From assembly GCF_009914755.1 (NCBI RefSeq), contig NC_060934.1: a stretch of 64,000 nt of DNA; one strand, 5' to 3'. The translations under genes were made by a program, and so were the position numbers. A model generated the notes under the pieces. The model saw nothing but the letters and a program-made list of their open reading frames with translations, had not been told where the DNA came from and did no database searches. Within the stretch, counting starts at the first letter, position 1. Each line of letters begins with the position of its first letter. Below are positions 48,043 through 59,400 of the stretch, piece after piece. The stretch comes from the human T2T-CHM13v2.0 reference genome, Homo sapiens.

Positions 48043-48941
48043 CTTGGTGGTTTTATCTACTTTTGGTCTTGGATGATGGTGATGTACAGATGGGTTTTTG
48101 GTGTGGATGTCCTTTCTGTTTGTTAGTTTTCCTTCTAACAGAGAGGACCCTCAGCTGCAGGTCTGTTGGAGTACCCTGCAGTGTGAGGTGTCAGTGTGCG
48201 CCTGCTGGAGGGTGCCTCCCAGTTAGGCTGCTCGGGGGTCAGAGGTCAGGGACCCACTTGAGGAGGCAGTCTGCCTGTTCTCAGATCTCCAGCTGCATAC
48301 TGGGAGAACCACTGCTGTCTTCAAAGCTGTCAGACAGGGATATTTAAGTCTGCAGAGGTTACTGCTGTCTTTTTGTTTGTCTGTGCCCTGCCCCCAGAGG
48401 TGGAGCCTACAGAGGCAGGCAGGCCTCCTTGAGCTGTGGTGGGCTCCACCCAGTTCGAGCTTCTGGGCTGCTTTGTTTACATAAGCACGCCTGGGCAATG
48501 GTGGGCGCCCCTCCCCCAGCCTCGCTGCCGCCTTGCAGTTTGATCTCAGACGGCTGTGCTAACAATCAGTGAGACTCCATGGGGTAGGACCCTCCAAGCC
48601 AGGTGCGGGATATAATCTCGTGGTGTGCCGTTTTTTAAGCCCGTTGGAAACGTGCAGTGTTCGGGTGGGAGTGACCCGATTTTCCAGGTGCCGTCCATCA
48701 CCCCTTTCTTTGATTAGGAAAGGGAACTCCCTGACCCCTTGCACTTCCCGAGTGAGGCAATGCCTCGCTCTGCTTTGGCTCGCGCATGGTGCGTGCACCC
48801 ACTGACCTGTGCCCACTGTCTGGCACTCCCTAGTGAGATGAACCCGGTACCTCAGATGGAAATGCAGAAATCACCCATCTTCTGCGTCGCTCAGGCTGGG
48901 AGCTGTAGACTGGATCTCTTCCTATTCGGCCATCTTGGCTC
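48043..48941 (-). promoter_or_regulatory. L1 5'UTR internal Pol II promoter (YY1 site CAAGATGGCC at ~48928-48937) with antisense promoter/ORF0 region; CpG-decayed
   Basis: Recognisable 5'UTR. ORF0 ATG at 48498 on the + strand. Short 5'UTR form at ~48170. Confidence 0.8.
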
Positions 48942-49143
48942 TGAAACTTTCTTTTGGCTGAGCAGTTTGGAAACACTCTTTTTGTAGAATCTGCAAATGC
49001 ATATTTGGAATGCTTTGAGCGCTATGGTAAAAAAGGAAATATCTTCACATAAAAACTAAACAGAAGCTTTCTGAGAATCTTCTTAGTGATGTGTGCATTC
49101 ATCTCACAGAGTTGAACCTTTCTTTTGATTGAGCAGTTTAGAA
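48942..49143 (+). repeat. ~1.2 monomers of 171-bp-type alpha satellite between two L1s
   Basis: GAGCAGTTTGGAAACACTCTTTTTGTAGAATCTGCAAATGCATATTTGGAATGCTTTGAG...CTCACAGAGTTGAACC. Confidence 0.9.
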
Positions 49144-50400
49144 TAATGGGATGGCTGGGTCAAATGGTATTTCTAGTTCTAGATCCCTGAGGAATCGCCA
49201 CACTGACTTCCACAATGGCTGAACTAGTTTACACTCCCACCAACAGTGTAAAAGTGTTCCTATTTCTCCACATCCTCTCCAGCACCTGTTGTTTCCTGAC
49301 TTTTTAATGACTGCCATTCTAACTGGTGTGAGATGGTATCTCATTGTGGTTTTGATTTGCATTTCTCTGATGGCCAGTGATGGTGAGCATTTTTTCATGT
49401 GTTTTTTGGCTGCATAAATGTCTTCTTTTGAGAAGTGTCTGTTCATATCCTTCACTCAATTTTCAATAGTTTTTTTTTTCTTGTAAATTTTGTTTGAGTT
49501 CATTGTAGATTCTGGATATTAGCCCTTTGTCAGATGAATAGGTTGTGAAAATTTTCTCCCATTTTGTAGGTAGCCTGTTCACTCTGATGGTAGTTTCTTT
49601 TGCTGTGCAGAAGCTTTTTAGTTTAACAACTAGATCCCATTTGTCAATTTTGGATATTATTGTCATTGCTTTTGGTGTTTTAGACATGAAGTCCTTGCCC
49701 ATGCCTATGTCCTGAATGGTATTGCCTAGGTTTTCTTCTAGGGTTTTTATGGTTTTACATCTAACATGTAGTTCTTCAATCCATCTTCAATTAATTTTTA
49801 TATAAGGTGTAAGGAAGGGATCCAGTTTCAGCTTTCTACATATGGCTGGCCAGTTTTCCCAGCACCATTTATTAAATAGGGAATCCTTTCCCCATTGCTT
49901 GTTTTTCTCAGGTTTGTCAAAGATCATATGTTTTTTGATATGTGGTGTTATTTCTGAGGGCTCTGTTCTGTTCCATTGATCTATATCTCTGTTTTGGTAC
50001 CAGTACCATGTTGTTTTGGTTACTGTAGCCTTGTAGTATAGTTTGAAGTCAGGTAGCATGATGCCTCCAGCTTTGTTCTTTTGGCTTAGGATTGACTTGG
50101 TGATGCAGGCTCTTTTTTGGTTCCATATGAACTTTAAAGCAGTTTTTTCCAATTCCGTGAAGAAAGTCATTGGTAGCTTGATGGGGATGGCATTGAATCT
50201 ATAAACAACCTTGGGCATTTTGGCCATTTTCATGATATTGATTCTTCCTACTCATGAGCATGGAATGTTCTTTTATTATTTTGTATCCTCTTTTATTTCG
50301 TTGAGCAGTGGTTTGTAGTTCTCCTTGAAGAAGTCCTTCACATTCCTTGTAAGTTGGATTCGTGGGTATTTTATTCTCTTTGAAGGAATTGTGAATGGGA
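49144..50400 (-). mobile_element. L1PA3/PA4 ORF2 fragment (~1.26 kb, no 3'UTR or poly-A), antisense arm of a head-to-head L1 structure
   Basis: Minus-strand ORF2p fragments [28 protein letters not shown] and [15 protein letters not shown]...DPAIPL. Ends at GTGAATGGGA (50400). Confidence 0.92.
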
Positions 50401-51229
50401 TGCAGCCAAAAAACACATGAAAAGATGCTCACCATCACTGGTCATCAGATAAATGGAAATCAAAACCACAATGAGATACCATCTCACACCAGTTAGAATG
50501 GCAATCATTAAAAAGTCAGGAAACAACATGTGCTGGAGAGGATGTGGAGAAATAGGTACACTTTTACACTGTTGGTGGGACTGTAAACTAGTTCAATCAT
50601 TGTGGAAGTCAGTGTGGTGACTCCTCAGGGATCTAGAACTAGAAATACCATTTGACCCAGCCATCCCATTACTGGGTATATACCCAAAGGACTATAAATC
50701 ATGCTGCTATAAAGACACACGGACACGTATGTTTATTGCGGCTCTATTCACAATTGCAAAGACTTGGAACCAACCCAAATGTCCAACAATGATAGACTGG
50801 ATTAAGAAAATGTGGCACATATACACCATGGAATACTATGCAGCCCTGAAAAATGGTGAGTTCATGTCCTTTGTAGGGACATGGATGAAATCGGAAATCA
50901 TCATTCTCAGTAAACTATCACAAGGACAAAAATCCAAGCACCGCATGTTCTTGCTCATAGGTGGGAATTGAACAATGAGAACACATGTACACAAGAAGGG
51001 GAACATCACACACTGGAGACAGTTGTGGGGTGAGGGGAGGGTGGAGGGATAGCATTAGGAGATATACCTAATGCTAAATGATGAGTTAATGGGTGCAGCA
51101 CACCAGCATGGCACATGTATACGTATGTAACTAACCTGCGTGTTGTGCACATGTACTCTAAAATTTAAAAAAGTATAATAACAAAATAATATATATATAG
51201 AACAATATTTTAAGGAATAAAAAAAGAAA
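50400..51229 (+). mobile_element. L1PA4/PA3 3' end with degenerate A-rich tail, sense arm
   Basis: Starts ATGCAGCCAAAAAACACATG. Older diagnostics: CCCAAAGGAC, CAAGGACAAAAA, GCATGTTCT, TTAGGAGAT, CTAAATGA.GAGTTAATGGG. Confidence 0.93.
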
Positions 51230-54200
51230 GAAAAACAAACGTTTACATTTGTGAGATAAATTCACACATCACAAAGTATTTTCTGAGAATGCTTCTGTCT
51301 AGTTTTCATGTGAAGATATTTCCTTTTTTACCATAGGCCTTAAACTGTTCAGAAATATCCCTCTGCATATACTACCAAAAGACTGTTTCCAAACCGCTCC
51401 ATCGAAAGAAAGGTTCAACTCTGTGAGATGAATGCACACATCCAACGAAGTTTCTCAGTAAGATTCTGTCTAGATTTATATGAAGATATTTCATTATTCA
51501 ACGTAGGTCTCAAAGCTCTGAAAAATGTCCCTTTACAGATTCTAGAAGAACAAAATTTCCAAACTGCTCAATGAAAATAAACATTTACCTCTGTGAAATG
51601 AAGGTGAACATCACAGAGCAGTTTCTCAGAAAGCTTCTGTCTTGTTTTTATGTGAATATATTTCCTTTTTCACCATAGGTCTCAAAGCACTCACAAGTAT
51701 CCCTTTGCCGATACTAGAAGATTCGAGTTTCCAAAGTGCTCTATGAAAAGGAACGTTTACCTCTTTGAGATGAATGCAAACATCACAAAGCAGTTTCTCA
51801 GAAAGATTCTTTCTGATTTATATGTGAAGATATTTCCTTTTTCGCCATAGGCCATGACATGCTCCCAAATATCCCTTTTCAGATTCTGCAAAAAACACTC
51901 TTTCCAAACTTCTCAGTCAAAAGAATTGTTCAACTCTGTGAGATGAATGCATACATCCAAAGAAATTTCTCAGAAAGCTTCTCTCTAGATTTATGTGAAG
52001 ATATTTCATTTTTCAACATAGGTCTCAAAGCACTGACTAATATTTCTTTGCAGATTCTATAAGAGCAGAGTTTCCAAACTGCTCAATGAAAAGAAACATT
52101 TACCTCTGTGAGATGAATGGGCAAATCACAAAGCTGTTTCTCAGAAAGTTCCTTTGCAGTTTTTATGTGAAGATATTTCCTTTTTCACCATAGGGCTCAA
52201 AGTGCTCACAAATATCCCTTTGCAGATTCTAGAAGAACAGAGTTTCCAAACTACTCAATCATCAGAAAATTTAATCTCTGTGAGATGAATGCACACTTCA
52301 CAAAGCAGCTTCTCTAAAACTTCTTTATAGTTTTTATGGGAAGATATATTTCCTTTTTCACCATATGCCTCAATACGCTCCCAAATATCCCTTTGCAGAT
52401 TCTGAAAAAAAGACTGTTTCTAAACTGCTCAATCAAAACAAAGGTTCAACTCTGTGAGATGAATGCACACATCACAAAGAAATTTCTCAGAAAGATTCTG
52501 TCTAGTTTTTATGTGAAGGTATTTCCTTTTTCACCAGTGCCCCTAACCACTCACAAATATCCCTTTGCAGATACTACAAAAAGACTGTTTTGAAATTGCT
52601 CAACAAAAAGAATGGTTCATCTCTGTGAGATGAATGCACACGTCACAAAGAAGTTTCTCAGAAAGCTTCTGTCTATTTTTTATGTGACGAAATTAACATT
52701 TTCATCATAGGCCTCAAAGCGCACAAAAATATCCCTTTGTAGATTTTAGAAGAACAGAGTTTCCAAACTCCTCAATAAAAAGAAATATTTAACTCTGAGA
52801 GATGAATGCACACATCACAAAGCAGTTTCTCAGAAATCTTCTTTCTAGTTTTTATGTGAAGATATTTCCTTTTTCACCATAGACCTCACCGTGTTTGTAA
52901 ATATCCATTTGCAGATTCTACAAAAAGACTGTTTCCAAACTACTCTATCAAAACAATGATTCAACTCTGTGAGATGAATGCACTCATCATACAGAACTTT
53001 CTTAGAATGGTTCATTCCAGTTTTTATGTGAAGATATTTCGTTTTTTACAGTAGGCCGCAATGCGCTCCCAAACAATCCTTTACAGATTCTAAAAAAGAC
53101 AGTTTCCAAATTGCTCAATGAAAAGAAAGGTTCAACTCCATGAGACGAATGCACCCATCATGAAGAGGTTTCTCAGAAAGCTTCTTTCTAATTTTTATGT
53201 GAAGATATCTCCTTTTTCACCACAGGCCTCAATGAACTCCCAAATATCCTTTTGGAGATTCTACAAAAAAAGACTGTTTTCAAACTCCCCAATCAAAAGA
53301 ATGGTTCAAATCTGTGAGATGAATGCACACATCATGAAGATGTTTCTCAGAAAGCTTCTCTCTAGTTATTTTGTGATGATATTTCCTTTTTCACCATAGG
53401 CCTCAAAGCACTCACAAATATCCCTTTACAGATTCTACAAAAGGTCTGTTTCCAAACTGTTTCCAAACTCCTCAATAAAAAATATGGTTCATCTCTGTGA
53501 GATGAATGCACACACATCACAAAGAAGTTTCTCAGAAAGCTTCTATCTAGTTTTTATGTGACGATATTTCCTTTATCACCATAGTCCTCAAAGCGCTCAC
53601 AAATACCACATTGCAGATTCCACAAAAAGACTGTTTTGACACTACTCAATGAAAAGAAAAGTTCACTTCTGTGAGATGAATGCACGCATCACAAAGCAGT
53701 TTCTCAGACAGCTTATTTCTAGTTTTACATAAAGATATTTCCTTATTCACCCTAGGCCTCAACATACTCCCAAATAACCCTTGGCAGATTCTAGAAAAAG
53801 AAAGTTTCCATACTGCTCAATCAAAAGAATGTCCATCTCTATTAGATGAATGCACACATCACAAAGAATTTTCCCAGAAAGCTTCTTTCTGATTTCTATG
53901 TGAGGATGTTTCCTTTTTCACCATAGGTCCCAACATGCTCCCAAATATCCCTTTGCAGATTCCAGAAAAAGAAATTTTACAAACTGCTCAATCAAAAGAA
54001 TGGTTCACTTCTGTGAGATGAATACACACATCACAAAGAACTTTTCCAGAAAGCTTCTGTCTAGTTTCTATATGAAGATATTTCCTTTTTCACCACAGGC
54101 CTCAAGGCACTCACACATATCAATTTGCACACTCCAGAAGGACAGAATTTCCAAACTGCTCAATGAAAGGAATCATTTACCTCTGTAAGATGAATGAACA

Positions 54201-57200
54201 CATCAAAAAGCCGTTCCTCAGAAATCTTCTTCCTAGTTTTTATGTGAAGATATTTCCTTTTTCAACTTAGGTTTCAATGTGCTCCCAAATATCCCTTTGC
54301 AGATTATACAAAAAAACTGTTTCCAAACTGCTCAATTAATAGAAAGGTTCAGCTCCATGAGATGAACGTACACACCACAAAGAAGTTTCCCAGAAAACTT
54401 CTGTCTAGTTTTCATGTGAGGATAGTTCCTTTTTCACCATAGGACATAAACACTGAAAAATATCCCTTTGCAGATTACAGAAGAACAAAGTTTCCAAACT
54501 TCTCAATGAAAAGGAATGCTTACCACCATGAGATGAATGCATACATCACAAAGCCGTTTCTCAGAAAGCTTCTTTCTAGTTTTTATGTGAAGATATTTCT
54601 TTTTTCACCATAGGCCTCAATGTGCTCCAAAATATCCCCTTGCAGATAATACAAAAAGACTGTTTCCAAACTGCTCAATCAAAAGCTTGTTTCAGCTCTG
54701 TGAGATCAATGCACACATCACAAAGAAGTTTCTCAGAAAGCTTCTGTCTAGTTTTTATGTGAAGATATTTCCTCCTTCACCATAGGCCTCAAAGCACTCA
54801 AAATTATCCCTTTGCAGATTTTCAAGAACAGAGTTTCCAAACTGCACAATGAAAAGAAAGGTTTACCTCTGTGAGTTGAATGCACTCATAACAAAGCAGT
54901 TTCTCACAAAGCTTCTTTGTATTTTTTATGTGAAGGCATTTCCTCTTACACCATAGGTCCCAAAGTGATCCCCAATATCCCTTTGCAGATGCTACAAAAA
55001 GACTTTCCAAACTGCTCAGTCAAAAGAATGGTTCATCTCTGTGAGATAAATGCACACATCAAAAAGAAGTTTCTCAGAAAGCTTGTCTTTAGTTTTTAAG
55101 GGGCGATATTTCTTTTTTAATCTTAGGCCTCAAAAAACTCACAAATATCCCTTTGCAGATTCTAGAAGAAAAGAATTTCCTAACTGCTCAATGAAAAGAA
55201 ACCTTTATCTCTGTGAGATGAATGCACACATCACAAAGCAGTTTCTCAGAAAGCTTCTTTGTAGTTTTTATGTGAAGATATTTCCTTTTTCACCATGGGC
55301 CTCAATGTGCTCCCAAATATCTCCTTGCAGTTACTACAAAAAGACTGTTTCCAAACTGCTCAATCAAAACAAAGGTTCAACTCTTTGAGGTGAATGCACA
55401 CATCACAAAGAAGCTTGTGAGAAAGCTTATGTCTAGTTTTTATGTGAAGATATTTCCTTTTTCAACATAAGCCTCAATGCACTCCCAAATATCCTTTTGC
55501 GGATTCTACAGAAAGACTTTTTCCAAACTGCTGAATCAAAATAATTGTTGAACTCTGTGAGATGAATGCACACATCAGGAATAAACTTCTAAGAAAGCTT
55601 CTGTCTAGTTTCTATATGAAGATATTTCCTGTCTGGAAGCCTCACAAATATCCCTTTGCAGATTCTACAAAAATACTGATTTGCACTCCTCAATGAAAAG
55701 AATCATTTAGCTCTGGGAGATGAATGCACAAGTCACAGAGCAGTTTCTCAGAATGCTTTTTCTAGTTTTTTTGCATAGATATTTCCTTTTGCACCCTAGG
55801 CCTGAATGTGCGCCCAAATATCCCTTTGCAGATTTCACAAAAAGACTGTTTCCAAATTGGTCAATAAAAAGTGTGGTTCAAGTCTGTGAGATTAAAGCAC
55901 ACATCACAAAGAATTTTCCCAGAAAGCTTCTGTCTAGTTTTTATGTGAAGATATTGCATTTTTCACCATATGCCTCAAAGCACTCACAAATATCCCTTTC
56001 CGTATTCTAGAAGAAAAGAGTTTCCAAACTCCTCAATGAAAAAGAAATGTTTACCTCTGTGAGATGAATGGACACATCATGAAGCATTTTCTCAAAAAGG
56101 TTCTTTGTAGCTTTTATTTGAAGGTATTTCCTTTTTCACCATAGGCCTCAACGTGCTCCCACTTATCCCTTTGCAGACTCTACAAAAGACATTTTACAAA
56201 CTGCTCAATCAAAAGAATGGTTCAACTCTGTGAGATGAATGCACACATCACAAAGAATTTTCCCAGAAAGCTTATGTCTAGTTTTTATGGGAACATATTT
56301 CCATTTTCACCATAAGCCTCAAAGCACTCTCAAATATCCCTTTGCAGATTCTAGAAGAACAGAGTTTCCAAACTTCTCAATGAATGGAAACATTTACCTC
56401 TGTGGGTTTAATGCACACATCACAAAGAAGTTTCTCAGAATGCATCTGTCTAGTTTTTATGTGAAGATATTTCCTTTTCCACCATAGGCCTCAAAGCAAT
56501 CCAAATATCCACTTGCAGATTCCACAAAAAGAGTGTTTCAAAACTGTTTAATCAAAAGAAATGTTCAACTAACTCTGTCAGATGAATGCATACATCACAA
56601 AGAAATGTCTCAGAAAGCATCTGTCTAGTTTTTATGTGAAGATATATCCTTTTTCACCATTGGCCTCAACTGGTTTCCAAACATTCCTTTGCAGATCCTA
56701 CAGAAAGACTTCTTTGAAACTGCTCATCAAAAGATCATTCAACACTATGAGATGAATGCACACATCAGAAAGAAGTTTCTCGAAAATCTTGTGTCTTGTT
56801 TCTATGTGAAGATATTTCCTTTTACATGATACCCCTCAAAGAAAAAGCAGTTTCTCAGAAAGCTTCTTGGCAGTTTTTATGTGAAGATATTTACTTTTTC
56901 ACCATAGGCCTCAAATATGCTCTAAAATATCCCTTTGCAGATTCTACAAAAAGACTATTTCCAAACTGTTCAAGCAAAAGCATGGTTCAACTTTGTGAGA
57001 TGAATGCACACATCACAAAGTAATTTCTCATAAAGATTCTGTCTAGTTTTTGTGTGAAGATATTTATTTTTCACAATAGGCCAAAAAAGGTTTAAAAATA
57101 CCCCTTGGCTGATCTTAGAAGAATAGAGTTTTCAAACTACTCAATAATAAGTAACGTTTACCTCTGTAAGATGAATGCACCCATCACAAAGCAGATTCTC

Positions 57201-59400
57201 AGAAAACTTCTTTGTCGTTTTTATGTGAAAATGTTTCCTTTTCTACCATAGGCCTCCACATGCTACGAAATAGCCATTTGCAGATTCTACAAAAGGACAG
57301 TTGCCAAACTGCTCATTCAAAAGAATGGTTCAACTCCGTGAGATGAATGGACACATCACAAAGACTATTCCCAGAAAGCTTTTGTCTAGTTTTTATGTGA
57401 TGATATTTTCTTTTTCACCATAGGCCTTAAAGTGCTCACAAATATCCCTTTGCAGAGTCTACAAAGAGACTTTTTGCAGACTGCTTAATCAAAAGAAAGG
57501 TTCTAGTCTGTGAGATGAATGCACACATTACAAAGAAGTTTTCAGAAATCTTCTGTCTAGTTTTTATGTGAAGATAATTCCATTTTCACCATAGGCCTCA
57601 AAGTGCTCACAAATATTTCTTTCATGATTCCAGAAGAACAGTGTCCAAATTCCTAAATGAAAAGAATATTTTACCTCTGTTATATGAATGTACACATCAC
57701 AAAGCCTTTCTCAGAATGCTTCTTTTTGTTTTTATGTGAACATATTTACTTTTTCTCCATAGGCCTCAAGATGATCCCAAATTTCCCTTTGCAAATTCTA
57801 GAAGAAGAGAGTTTCCAAACTGCTCATTGAAAATAAACTTTTACCCCTGTGAGATGAATGCACACATCACAAAGCAGTTTCTCAGAAAGCTTCTATGTAG
57901 TTTTTACGTGAAGATATTTCCTTTCTCACCATAGGCCTCAACGTTCTCCCAAATATCCCATTGGAGATTGTATAAAAAGTCTTCTTCCAAACTGCTCAAT
58001 CAGAAAAACGGTTCACCTCTGTGAGATGAATGCACACATTACAAATTAGTTTCTGAGAAAGCTTCTTTCTAGTTTTTATATCAAGATATTTCCTTTTACA
58101 CCATAGTCCTCAATGCACTCCCAATTATCCCTTTGCAGATTCTGCAAAAAGACTGTTTCCAAACAGCTCAATCAAGAGAACAGTCAAAATCTGTGAGATG
58201 AATGCACAAATCAGCAAGAATTTTCCCAGAAAACTTCTGTATAGTTTTTATGTGAAGATATTTCCTTTTTCACCCTAGGCCACATAGCACTCACAAATAT
58301 CCCTTTGCCAATTCTAGAAGACAGAGTTTCCAAACTGTTCAATGAAAAGAAAAATTTACCTCTGTTGGGTGAATGCACACATCACAAAGCCGTTTCTCAG
58401 AAAGCTTCTTACCAGTTTTAATGTGAAGATATTTACTTTTTCACCATAGGCCTCAACGTGCTCCCATATATCCATTGCAGATTCTACAAAAAGACTGTTT
58501 CCAAACTGCTCCATCAAAAGAATGGTTCAACTTTGTGAGATGAATGCAAACATCACAAAGAAGTTTCTCAGAAATCTTCTGTCTAGTGTTTATTTGATGA
58601 TATTTCATTTTCCACCATGAGCCTCAAAGCACTCATCAATATCCTTTTGCCGATTCTAGAAGAACAGAACTTCCAAACTACTCAATGAAAAGAAACTTTT
58701 ACCTCTGTGAGATGAATGTGCACATAACAAAGAAGTTTCTCAGAAAGCTTCTTTCTAGCTTTATTTGAAGATATTTCATTTTTCACCATAGTCCTAAAAT
58801 CAATCACAGCATCCCTTTGCAGATTCCACAGAAAACTGTTTCCAAACTGCTCAATTAAAAGAATGGTTCAACTCTGTGAGATGAATACACACATCACAAC
58901 CAATTTTTCTGGGAAGCTTCTGTCTAGTTTTTATGTGAAGATAATTACTTTTTCACCATAGGCCTCAAAGCACTCACAAATATCCCTTTGCAGATTTTAG
59001 AAGAACAGAGAACTCTGTAGTATGAATGTACACATCACAAAGAAGTTTCTCAGATAGCTTCTGTCTAGTTTTTATGTGGAAATATTTCATTTTTCACCAT
59101 AGGCCTCAAAGTGCTTACATGTATCCCTTTGCCAATCCTAGAACAGAGTTTCTAATCTGTTCAATGAAAAGAAACTTTTACCTCTGTGAGATGAATGCAC
59201 ACATCACAAAGCAGTTTCTCAGAAGGCAACTTTCTAATTTTTTTGTGATGATATTTCCTTTTTGACCATAGGCCTCAACGTACTCCCAAATACCCCTTTG
59301 CAGATTCTACAGAAAGACTGTTTCCAAACTGCTCAGTCAAAAGGATGGTTCCAATCTCTGAGATGAATGCACATTTCACAAAAAAGTTTCTCAGAAATCT
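51230..59400 (-). repeat. Inverted ~172-bp alpha satellite with two loosely alternating monomer types
   Basis: Reverse-complement alpha (CTCTGTGAGATGAATGCACACATCACAAAG; TTTCCTTTTTCACCATAGG). Types are GATTCTAGAAGAACAGAGTTTCC...ACATTTACCTC and GATTCTACAAAAAGACTGTTTCC...ATGGTTCAACTC. Confidence 0.9.

Noticed and set aside
48498-48572. Intact ORF0
   Set aside because: A CGA>TGA stop occurs after 24 codons.
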